Assembly: GCF_004010195.1 (NCBI RefSeq)
Contig: NC_057750.1
Coordinates: 8,740,223 to 8,760,222, forward strand
Length of the DNA stretch: 20,000 nt
DNA from: Chiloscyllium plagiosum
Taxonomy: Eukaryota
Direction of reading: 5' to 3'
In this document: piece by piece, positions 9,553 through 19,150 of the stretch
Position numbering within the stretch: position 1 is the first letter of the stretch
Layout: every line of letters begins with the position of its first letter
Notes under the pieces: model-generated
The model's database searches: none
What the model saw: only the letters and a program-made list of their open reading frames with translations
Told to the model about the DNA's origin: nothing
Program-made: the position numbers and the translations under genes

Positions 9553-10747
9553 TCACTTGGACCATCTCTGACACCTCCCTCCCCTTCCTGGACCTCTCCA
9601 TCTCCAATAATGATGACCGACTTGACACTGACATTTTTTACAAACCTACCGACTCCCACAGCTACCTGGATTACACCTCTTCCCACCCTATCTCCTGCAA
9701 AAATGCCATCCCGTATTCCCAATTCCTCTGCCTCTGCTGTATCTGCTCCCAGCAGAACCAGTTCCACCACAGAACACATCTGATGGCCTCCTTCTTTAGA
9801 GACCACAATTTTCCTTCCCACGTGGTTAAAAATGCCTTCCAACACATCTTGTCCACATCCCCGCCCTCCGCTCNNNNNNNNNNNNNNNNNNNNNNNNNNN
9901 NNNNNNNNNNNNNNNNNNNNNNNNNNNNNNNNNNNNNNNNNNNNNNNNNNNNNNNNNNNNNNNNNNNNNNNNNNNNNNNNNNNNNNNNNNNNNNNNNNNN
10001 NNNNNNNNNNNNNNNNNNNNNNNNNNNNNNNNNNNNNNNNNNNNNNNNNNNNNNNNNNNNNNNNNNNNNNNNNNNNNNNNNNNNNNNNNNNNNNNNNNNN
10101 NNNNNNNNNNNNNNNNNNNNNNNNNNNNNNNNNNNNNNNNNNNNNNNNNNNNNNNNNNNNNNNNNNNNNNNNNNNNNNNNNNNNNNNNNNNNNNNNNNNN
10201 NNNNNNNNNNNNNNNNNNNNNNNNNNNNNNNNNNNNNNNNNNNNNNNNNNNNNNNNNNNNNNNNNNNNNNNNNNNNNNNNNNNNNNNNNNNNNNNNNNNN
10301 NNNNNNNNNNNNNNNNNNNNNNNNNNNNNNNNNNNNNNNNNNNNNNNNNNNNNNNNNNNNNNNNNNNNNNNNNNNNNNNNNNNNNNNNNNNNNNNNNNNN
10401 NNNNNNNNNNNNNNNNNNNNNNNNNNNNNNNNNNNNNNNNNNNNNNNNNNNNNNNNNNNNNNNNNNNNNNNNNNNNNNNNNNNNNNNCCCTCCCCTCTGA
10501 CCTATCACCTTTACCCCCACCTCCATGCACCTATTGCACTCTCAGCTACCTTTCCCCCCCAGCCCCATACCGTGCCTCCCCTCATTTATCTCTCCACTCT
10601 GCAGGCTTCCTGCCTCTATTCCTGATGAAGGCTTTTGCCCGAAACGTCGATTTTCCTGCTCCTCGGATGCTGCCTGACCTGCTGTGCTTTTCCAGCACCA
10701 CTCTAATCTAGACTCTGGTTTCTAGCATCTACAGTCCTTGGTTTTAC
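9551..10747 (+). mobile_element. Penelope-like element, forward arm (RT C-terminus/thumb, gap, 3' terminal repeat)
   Basis: FTWTISDTSLPFLDLSI..TDIFYKPTDSHSYLDYTSSHP..CKNAIPYSQFL is the PLE RT end; hammerhead-like CTGATGA..GAAAC at 10622-10648; 15-bp TSD at 8615-8629 and 10748-10762. Confidence 0.88.
9874..10487. other. Assembly gap (614 N)
   Basis: Run of N. Confidence 1.
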
Positions 10748-10848
10748 CTTAAAACTGCATATGCTTATTTATCACTTGTGAAGAAGAATTATTGGAAAAG
10801 AAACAAAAAAGAAAAAAACGAGGAAATTTAAAGTCTACTCAAAAAAAA

Positions 10849-11198
10849 ATAACCAGGCGATTCCTGGTGGTGGAATATAAATAAAGATGTACACACTTGC
10901 TTTTCACTGTCTCACACCTGCACACACACACATGGGTGCTGGGGAAAATATAAGCACTACCACAGTTAGGCGGTAGTGTGGGGTTAAGAAAAGAGAAAAA
11001 AATTAACAGGGGATTTAGAGTTAAAAATATATATATATAAAACCAGGAGATTCCTGATGGTGGAATATAAATAAAGATGTACACACTTGTTGTTTTTCAC
11101 TGTGTCCGATACCTGCACACATGACATGGATGCTGGGGAAAAATAAGCATTACTGCTGTCAGATGGTAGTGTAAGGAAAAAAAGGAGAAAAAAAAGAA
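10849..11198 (+). mobile_element. Copies D (10849-11002) and E (11037-11198) of the ~140-bp hairpin/A-tail unit
   Basis: Same core as copies A-C; E is more diverged and is followed by an LTR-like segment at 11199-11275. Confidence 0.75.
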
Positions 11199-11504
11199 TG
11201 AGAGTGTCAAACATGCTGATCATTCTGAGAGCTGGCTCTGAGGGAGCTGGATCAGTATGTGAAGCTCTCTCCACTTTTCTGTGTTAAGGAGGAGAGGAGA
11301 CCGACTTCTGAACGTCCTGGAACCATACAGTCAGTGTGTCCTATTCACTGCTGTTGGTCTCTTCCTACTGAGGAGGAGTTTATTTTGAATTTTTGTTTCT
11401 CTTTATTGTTTGTTGTGATTGTTTGTTTTCTGGGTTTTCTCGCTGCTTATTTCTGTTAATTTGAAAAAAACACAGAAAAAAGAAAGAAAAAAAACAAGGA
11501 GATA

Positions 11505-11640
11505 GGTTTTCAGGGAGAAGTGGTCATTGCAGGGAGTGGAGTGTTTTATTTCACCCTCCAACTCTATTTTGATTTAATCCTTGCCCTCCCCTTCACTCGT
11601 TTGATCACACAGCATTGCCTTTCGTCACTGGCCACTCTGC
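11505..11640 (+). mobile_element. Tx1-like (L1 superfamily) ORF2 C-terminus and start of 3' UTR
   Basis: 11509-11577 translates FREKWSLQGVECFISPSNSILI*, resembling the F-x-x-x-W terminal motif recalled for Tx1 ORF2. Confidence 0.55.
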
Positions 11641-11652
11641 TGTTTAAAAAAT

Positions 11653-11874
11653 ATATAACCAGGAGATTCCGAGCTGACTGGCCATAGCCAGTGTATTGTA
11701 AAAACTCCATAATCAGGAGATTAAAATCTCCTCAGTAAAAGAAAAGCCAAGAAATGAGAATCTCCTCAGTCCAGGCGACTGACTCCAAGCTGGCTGGTCA
11801 TAGTTAGTGTACTGTGCACAATTAAATAAAGGGTGATTTGGTGAAGGGATACCAGCCTCTGTGTAGTTATTTCA
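11653..11874 (+). mobile_element. 3' part of an LTR-like sequence
   Basis: Starts at atataaccaggagattcc; contains AATAAAgggtgatttggtgaagggataccagcctctgtgtagttatttCA; followed by AGAGA, which matches 6865-6869. Confidence 0.6.
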
Positions 11875-12141
11875 AGAGACAACGTGTCAGATTAGCTCAG
11901 AAAAGGGGAGAGAATGAGAGCATGGGACAAAAAATGGAAAAAACTTGGGACATTAGGCACAGCTGAGTTTTGGGAGCAATGAGGAATTTGGGATTGATGG
12001 TTTGTGGCATTCTGCAACACAGTGGATTCACATCAGTTTGTGCCTGGATATATTGTTCACTCAATTTTGGACAATGCAGCACAGAGGGGGCCATTCTACC
12101 CATTAAGGCTATGCACAGTTCCTGAAAGAGCTGTCTAAAAT

Positions 12142-12472
12142 GACAGTCCAGTGGCTCAGTGGTTAGCACTACTGCCTCACAGATCCAGGTTCGATTCCAG
12201 CCTTGGGTGACTGTCTGTGTGGAGTTTGCACGTTCTCCCCATGTCTGTGTGGGTTTCCACCAGATGCTCCAGGTTCCTTCCACAGTCTAAAGATGTACAG
12301 GTTAGATGGATTGACCATGCTACATTGCCCCATAGCATCCAAGGATGTGCAAGCTAGGTAGGTTAGCCATGGTAAATGTGGGGTTTTAGGGATAGTGTGG
12401 GATGTTCTTCAGAGGGCCAGTGCTGCCTTCGTGGGCCAATGCACTTTCTGCATTGTAGGGATTCTGATTCTA
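12142..12472 (+). mobile_element. HE1-like V-SINE (tRNA-derived elasmobranch SINE)
   Basis: A box gtggctcagtggttag, B box ggttcgattcc, V-domain tgtgtggagtttgcacgttctcccc, and tail gattctgattcta. Confidence 0.85.
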
Positions 12473-12574
12473 TCCATGCGTCCCACTAGCCCCTACTCTT
12501 TCCCGTGACCCTGCTGTCCTTACGATGCAGAATAGTCGCTATGATCAATCAATTAGTCTGACAGTATAATGGAA

Positions 12575-13127
12575 GCTCGTGCTGTACCTATCCTGGGAGT
12601 ACTTGATTGGCAGTAGCTTACTTTAAATTTGAAAGAGTAGAGAGAACTTTCTTCTGTATCTACCCCTGTACTATACCTGTCATGGGAGTGTTTGGTGGAC
12701 CTGTTGAGGGAGATTTACTTTCAGCTTAAAAGAATAGAGTGAGCTTTAATCTGTATCCAACACCGTGCTGTCTCTGGGAGTATTTGATACAGATAGTGTA
12801 CAGCAAATCTTACATTCAGTTTAAAATAGTAGAGGGAACCTTACTTTCTATTTACCCACGTGCTGTACTTGTACTGGGAGTGTTTAAGACAGGGACAGAG
12901 TGAGGGAGCTTTAAGATGTATCTAATCATATGCTGTCCCTGATAGGAGCAGTGTAGAGAGAGTGTTATTTCCAGTTTAAAAGAGTAGACGACGTTTTGCT
13001 CTGTACCTAACTCTGTGCTGCACCCGTCCTGGGAGGATATGATGGACTTGTCGAGAGAGGTTTACTTTTAGTTTGAAAGAGTAGAGGGAACTTTACTCTG
13101 TATCTCACCCCATGCTGTACCTGTCCT
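12575..13127. repeat. Minisatellite array (gtagagggagctttactctgtatctaacccgtgctgtacctgtcctgggagtgtttgat-type units)
   Basis: Repeated tgctgtacctgtcctgggagt and agtttaaaagagtagag words with a period of roughly 90-120 bp. Confidence 0.8.
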
Positions 13128-14224
13128 GATGTGGAGATACTGGTGTTGGACTGGGTTGGACAAGGTCAAAAATCACACGTCACCAGGTTATAGTCCAACG
13201 GGTTTATTTGACAACACTAGCTTTTGGAGTGCTGCTCCTTCATCAGGTTGTGGAGGTGCTGGTGTTGGACTGGGATGGATAAACTTAAAAATCACACAAC
13301 ACCTTCATAGTTGTGTTCCGAAAGCTTGTACTTCCAAATAAATTTGTTGGACTATAACCTGATGTGTGATTTTTAACTTTGTTCTTCATCAGGTGTTAGT
13401 GAGAGAGGAAGACCTTAGACACAGAATTTATAAGGAAAAGATCAAAGTGTCATACAACTCATGCAAACAAATTGAACATACGTAAGATGACTCTTAAATC
13501 TTTAATCAGTTAGAATGGAGATGCAGGTTTTGATTGAATAATATGCAAACCCCAGAAATTCTTTCATTTCACTGCCCTGAGACATTTTCAGGTGTTATTA
13601 ATATAAAGGAGGTGACACCTACAGTCAGACAGTGCATTTTAGGCATGAGGTCTTGTTTGGAGTCTGTCTGTGTCTTTTATTTCCAAAGTAGAAATTTACA
13701 AAATGCCACATTGACTGACTATCTGCAAATTGTGTGCTAACATATACCTGCAAATACAAATCTGAAAAGCAAATTCACCCCATAGATTTATGTGTGCATG
13801 TGAGGAGAGGGGAAGAGAGAGAGTCACACACACACTGTCCCCCTCTTTCACGTGTGCGCACACACACACACACACATATAAGTCTGTGGGGTGAATTTGT
13901 ATTTGCAGGTATATTTTTGTTCAAAAAGCACACAATTTGTAGACAGTCAGACAATGTGGCATTTTATAAACTCCTACTTTGGAAATAAAAGATAAAGACT
14001 CCAAGCAAAACCTCACGCCTAAAATACATTGTCTGACTTGAGGTTTCACCTTTATATTGATAATACCTTACGTATATTCAATTTGTTCGCATGAGTTGTA
14101 TGACCTTTTGATCTTTTCCTAATAAATTCTGTGTCTAATGGCTTCCTCTCTCACTAACACCTAATGAAGGAGCAGTGCTGCAAAAGCTAGTGTTTTCAAA
14201 TAAACCCATAGGACTATAATCTGG
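13128..14224. mobile_element. Palindromic cluster of Penelope-like terminal/3' UTR fragments
   Basis: 13385-13800 is the reverse complement of 13870-14168; hammerhead-like relics at 13215-13248 (-) and 14157-14193 (+); (CA)n at the centre. Confidence 0.7.
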
Positions 14225-14490
14225 TACCTTGCTACAAGTGGTTGATAGGAACAATATTAAGAAGGGAACTTTATTTACAGTTTATAAGAATAGAGGGAGC
14301 TTTTCTTTGAATATAACCCAGTGCTATCCCTGTCCTGGAAGTGTTTGATGGATGCAGTATTGAGGGAGTTATGCTTTAGGTTAAAAGAGTACAGCAAGTT
14401 TTATCTCCAGTTTAAGAGTAGAGGAAGCTTTACTCTGTACCTGATCCCTTGCTGTACCTGTCCTAGAAGTGCCAAATGTGGACAGTGTAG
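14225..14490. repeat. Continuation of the 12575-13127 minisatellite
   Basis: Same units, e.g. tagagggagcttt, gtgctatccctgtcctggaagtgtttgat and gctgtacctgtcct. Confidence 0.75.
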
Positions 14491-14732
14491 TAATCAATTA
14501 ATAATGATGGAAGAATGCAAACTAAATGGATCTTACCCTTTCTCTTATCTCATAAAATGTGTGTGACAACATGACAGGGAGATAGTTTGGGCTTTGGAGA
14601 AATGGATGATCTGTTAATGAAATTGATGCTATTGCATTCAATACATAAACACATCCATTCTCAGCTTGGACTTGTGTGGCCAGCATTTCCTGCTTTTGTT
14701 CCTAAATTATGATTCTGTTTTGTTGAATGCAG

Positions 14733-14839
14733 GATCTCCGATTACATGGACCTATCTACCACTGATGTTGTAGGGAAAAACTGTTATCACTTCATTCATG
14801 CTGAGGATGTTGAAGGAATCAGGCATAGCCACCTGGACT
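14733..14839 (+). CDS. npas1: Coding exon (107 bp) of the NPAS1/NPAS3-family gene; PAS-B
   Basis: Acceptor ttgaatgcAG, donor T|GTaagt. Encodes (R)[35 protein letters not shown](L); phases match both neighbouring exons. Confidence 0.93.
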
Positions 14840-15469
14840 GTAAGTATCTCCATTTTCTTGATCTTTGGATATTTTTTGTGAGGCACTGTTAAGAGTTATT
14901 GTCAGGCATTAATTAATTAGAATGCTAGCGAATCTTTTAACAGTGCTAAGAGATTGCTTGTCATGGTGCTATTTAGATTAGGAGCAAAGGTTTTTTTTAG
15001 TGTAACCTGTGGTCGAAGAAAGTTTTTAAAAATGTGCTCTAGATTCTGTAGTGTATTGAAAATTGGAATGTACATTTTGTTCATTTGAAGCTACCATACA
15101 CACATGTATCGCAGAGGGAGTCCACAACAGGAAAGATAAAAGCGAAGGTGCTTGTTTGTATAGGTTTTATGTGTGGCTGTTTTTGTACCAAGAATATCGC
15201 AGATGAACCCCATCCACACACCCTCCCCCCAAGACAGACAGACACACACACACACACCGAGCAGAGTGCAAGGGAGGAGGAACTCTGTTTTTAGTTATAT
15301 TCTAGTTAAAACTTAATATCTTCTGTAACTCAAAATGGTGCTGGAGCAACAGATTACAGTTTTCATTATATTTGTTAAATACAAGTGACAATAAATTCAA
15401 TACTGTTCAGGCCCTGTAACTCCAATGTGATGGTAATACTTTTATTTTGTTGCTTTAAGGTTAATGCCA

Positions 15470-15484
15470 CCACTAGGTGGAGCA
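15470..15484 (+). promoter_or_regulatory. Candidate CTCF binding motif
   Basis: CCACTAGGTGGAGCA is close to the core CCASYAGRKGGCRS and lies in apparently non-repetitive intronic DNA; motif match only. Confidence 0.35.
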
Positions 15485-15995
15485 ACATGCACATGCAGAT
15501 TAAAATCAATGCAAGGCTACATCATGATAAGGAGTGGTCTCAAAGTGTACAACAGTTACTGAGTTGGAAAACTACAACTAACTTCCTAGAATACAGAGTA
15601 GGACACTGAAAGGAGGGAAAGTTCTATTCTAGAAGTTACATTTAGTGGAGATTTTGACCTGTGAATGTGTATGAAAGAGACAAACAAAGAACAAAGTGCA
15701 TCAGGTAACAGAGAGCAGACAGGTAATGAAGCACGGGCAAATAGTGGGATGCAGGTAGGTAGTAGAACATAGGTAGCTAGAGGGGTATGGACAGCAAGCT
15801 GATTTCAGATTGGGATGGTGGAGCACTGAGCTGAACCTCTAGCAAGCTCATGGCAGGGCAGTGAGTTGACATTAGTGGAAATACACACACATCTAGCTTC
15901 ACAGGTGAAACGTTCTTCCTGTCCTCATACACATCCCTGACACCAGGACAATTGAGTGCCAACAACTTCCTGTACCACTGTGGTATCAGGATATA

Positions 15996-16522
15996 CACTT
16001 GGAATGTGGGTGTCGCTGCCTCACTTAGCAGTTGCTGCCCATCCCTAGTTGCCCCTTGAGAAGATGGTGGTGAGCTGCCTTCTTGAACTGCGGCTGTCCA
16101 TGAGATGTAGGGACACCTATAGTGCTGTTAGGGAGGGAGTTTCAGCATTTTGACCCAGTGATATATCCCCAAGTGAGGATGGAGAGTGACTCAAAGAGGA
16201 ACTTGCAAGAATGGTATTCTATGTACCTGCTGCTCTTGTCCTTCTCAGTGATAGAGGTTGAGGTTTTGGAAGGTACCGTTGGAGTAGTCTGGAAGAGCTG
16301 TTACAGCTTTCTGTTGATGGCACATGTTGCTGCTAACAAATGTCCCTGGTAGGGGGAATGAATGTTGAAGGTGCTGGATGTGGTGCTGATCAAGTAAGCT
16401 GCTTCATCCTGGATGGTGTAAAGACTGCAATGTTGTTAGAGCTGCTCTCATTCAGGCTGGTGGAGAGTATTCCATTACATTCCTGTCTTGTGCTTTGCAG
16501 ATTGTGGACAGGTTTTGGGATG
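15996..16522 (-). mobile_element. Degenerate CR1/L2-group LINE 3' fragment
   Basis: Reverse complement carries the tail ctcaaggggcaactagggatgggcag; the same family appears on + at 18518-18570 and 19163-19240. Confidence 0.6.
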
Positions 16523-16529
16523 TCTAATT

Positions 16530-16635
16530 CACTGCTTTACCTGTCCTGGGAGTGTTTGGATTGAGACAAATGTTTGGGGACAGTGTCGGGAGTGCTTTAT
16601 TTTCAGTTTTAAAGAGTAGAAAAGACTTTACTGTG
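16530..16635. repeat. Isolated unit of the 12575-13127 minisatellite
   Basis: ctgctttacctgtcctgggagtgtttg...ttcagttttaaagagtagaaaagactttact. Confidence 0.65.
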
Positions 16636-16855
16636 TGGTATCTGGGATCATGTGTAGGCCAAACCAGGTAAGGATGATAGACTTCATTTCCTAAAGGACA
16701 TTCGTGAACCCAAAGTGATGAGTTCTTAAAAACATCATTAATAGTTGTCATGGTTACCATTACTGAGACTAGCTTTTAATTACATATTTATTAATTGAAT
16801 TTATAATCCCCAGCTCTTGTCTTGAACCCACATTACCAGAGCATTAGCCTGGGGC
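16633..16855 (-). mobile_element. Shark tRNA-derived SINE (same family as 5955-6168)
   Basis: catgtgtaggccaaaccaggtaaggatg is the reverse complement of 6111-6138; B-box-like cttgaaccc near 16821. Confidence 0.6.
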
Positions 16856-17469
16856 CTATTCCACCATCACTCCCACATTTGATTTTGGTCTGATTTGAGT
16901 TAGAGAGAGGAGTTGGTGCCCAGGAAAAGGATTTACAAGGGAAGAGGGTGAGAGGGAAGTGGTAAGCAATTATTTGGAGCCCTTTTTATTGTATTGTAAA
17001 ATGCTGCCAGGAACAGAGTTTTTTTTTTAAGTCTTCTGTTCATCACACATAAACTCCCACAAGGAATAAAGATATATCCATCACAATTTGTCTCAACTGT
17101 AATCAATAGCACTCACTGAAGTGGGAAGCTTCGGCAGGATTCAAGACTTAAATCTGTTTTGTTGTTGCAGTATTAAAATGGAGCATTTGCTAAATTGGAT
17201 TTAAAGCTTTTTATTTCTGCACTGTCACAATTCAGCCCATCAATCACTGAATCCCACTACTAGAGCCAAGCAGGAGAGACTCTTTGACAGGCGAGGTGAA
17301 GCAAAGAGAATGAGGGAGGACAGCAATGGGGAGAAAGACAGAGAATGTGTGTGTGAGAGAGTTGAACACAGATGTAAATGTGTGTCAGAATGAAGGCAGA
17401 TTAACAAGAACAAAGAATGATTGGGAGAAATAAGTTGAAAGATAATGTATCAAAAGCGTTCCTCTAGCC

Positions 17470-17910
17470 CCATCACACTGTTCCCACTCCACTCAGTGCT
17501 CAGTGTTTCTGATCTTATCTCTACTGATATTAAACCAACTCCCTCACACTGTCACCCATCAACACCCTTCTCTTTTCCAGCACCCTGTGATACTGCCCGT
17601 ACCTCAACTGATATTAACCCAGCTCCCACAGAGTCACACAGTAACCTCCCTGTCTCCCTGAGCACCCTGTATTACTGATTTTAATACCACTGACACTAAT
17701 CCAACATCCTCACTGTGTCATTCAGTAACCCCTCTCCCCCACTACCATGTTACTGATTGCATCCCTACTGATGTTAATCCAGCTCCCCAATAGTCATTCT
17801 GCAAGCTCTTTCCTCCAGTGCTGTATATTGACTGTATCTCTACCAATATTAATCCAGCCCCCTTCCCTCTGCAACCCCCCTCCCACCCACCTTTCTTTGA
17901 CATTAACAAT
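17470..17910. repeat. Degenerate ~80-bp tandem repeat abutting the exon acceptor
   Basis: ctactgatattaa(c/t)ccagctccc variants at 17521, 17605, 17687, 17765 and 17840. Confidence 0.75.
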
Positions 17911-17933
17911 CTCTTGCTTTTCTTCCTCCACAG

Positions 17934-18081
17934 TGTTAAACAAGGGGCAGGTGGTCACCAAGTATTATCGCTGGATGCAAAAGAACGGAGGTTACATGTG
18001 GGTGCAGTCCAGTGCAACCATCTCGATCAATGTCAAGAATGGAAACGAGAAGAACATCATCTGGGTCAACCATGTGCTGAG
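17934..18081 (+). CDS. npas1: Coding exon (148 bp) of the NPAS1/NPAS3-family gene; PAS-B/PAC
   Basis: Acceptor ttttcttcctccacAG, donor AG|GTgagt. Encodes (L)[48 protein letters not shown](S/R). Confidence 0.93.
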
Positions 18082-18279
18082 GTGAGTCTAACCCTGGGTG
18101 AGCCTGCAGTCTGTGCCAATGTAACACAACTGGTGGGTAGAATTGGGAATCAAGAACTGAGCTTCACCAAGTCTCCACCCACCCTGATGATGAAGGAGGG
18201 GCCAAGAAATCATGATACTGATCCCTGACTCCATGCACTCAAAAGCGCATTATCTAGCCATGTACTTTGTTACTCTTTA

Positions 18280-18392
18280 CGGGATCTTGCTATGCATGAA
18301 CAGCTCCTGCTCATTTTCCTCATTACAACACTTCCAAAGCACTTCATTGGCTTTGATGCTCTTTTTGATCGTCCTGAAGTGTTAAGGAGATG
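18280..18392 (+). mobile_element. DeuSINE (SacSINE1-like) 3' fragment
   Basis: gggatcttgctatgca..cattacaaca..aaagcacttcattggct..cgtcctga resembles the recalled DeuSINE 3' part. Confidence 0.45.
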
Positions 18393-18579
18393 CAACCCTT
18401 GCTTATCTTATTGATGCCTGAGACACTGTGACCAGGAAAGCCTACCCTTCCCTTCCTTTCTCTAAACACAACCTTCCCACTCCCTTTCCACAGCCACACT
18501 CTCCCAGGTGAACCTAAGCTGGGTCAAATTCCTAAAACTCATTCCCTAACAGTATTGTGGGTGTCCCTATCCAAATTAG

Positions 18580-18678
18580 AGTCGAGAGTGTGGTGCTGGA
18601 AAAGTAAGTAGGTCAGGCAGCATCTGAGGAGCAGGAAAATCGACATTTCAGGCAAAAGCCCTTCATCACTTTCGCCAG
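18580..18678 (-). mobile_element. Short Penelope-like terminal fragment with TSD
   Basis: Reverse complement of 10623-10705-type sequence; flanked by tccaaattag at 18570-18579 and 18679-18688. Confidence 0.7.
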
Positions 18679-18692
18679 TCCAAATTAGTGTC

Positions 18693-19150
18693 AGAGTCAC
18701 AGAGTCATACAGCACAGAATCAGTCCCTCCAACCCAACTCAACCATGCTGAACTAATCCTATTTGCCTCTATTTGGTCCATACCCCTCTAAACCTTTCTT
18801 ATTCATGCACCTGTCCAAATGTTGTTTAAATGTTGTAATTGTACCTGCCTCTAGCACTTTCCCTGGCAGCTTGTTCTACCTACAAACCATCCTCTGCATG
18901 AAAAAGCTGCCCCTCAGGTCCCTTTTAAATCTTTCCCCTCTTAGCTTAAACCTATCCCTCTAGTTTTGGATTCCCCTGGGGAAATGACCTTGGCCATTCA
19001 CCATATCCATCCCCTTGTGATTTTATAAACTTCTATAAGATTATCCCTCAGCCCGATGCTCAAGGGAAAAAGAGTCCCAGCCTATCCAGCCTCTCTCTAT
19101 AACTCAACTTTTCCAGTCCCGGTAACAACCTTGTAAATCTTCTTTGCAAC
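18693..19150 (-). mobile_element. CR1 LINE 3' fragment
   Basis: Tail agagtcacagagtcatacagcacagaa; colinear with 19497-20000. Confidence 0.85.

Noticed and set aside
9414..10625. Long ORFs of 222-373 aa
   Set aside because: Artefacts of translating through the N gap; only 9551-9873 has real PLE RT similarity.
6870..11874. Intact LTR retrotransposon with internal gag-pol
   Set aside because: No gag, protease, integrase or clear PBS/PPT was seen; the interior consists of non-LTR inserts.
12575..14490. CRISPR-like repeat-spacer array
   Set aside because: Eukaryotic context, degenerate repeats, inter-repeat sequences homologous to each other, and no cas genes; it is a minisatellite.
17747..18228. 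ORFs 17747-18085 and 17818-18228 as standalone genes
   Set aside because: Only 17934-18081 is coding (a spliced exon); the rest is tandem repeat, intron or an alternative frame.
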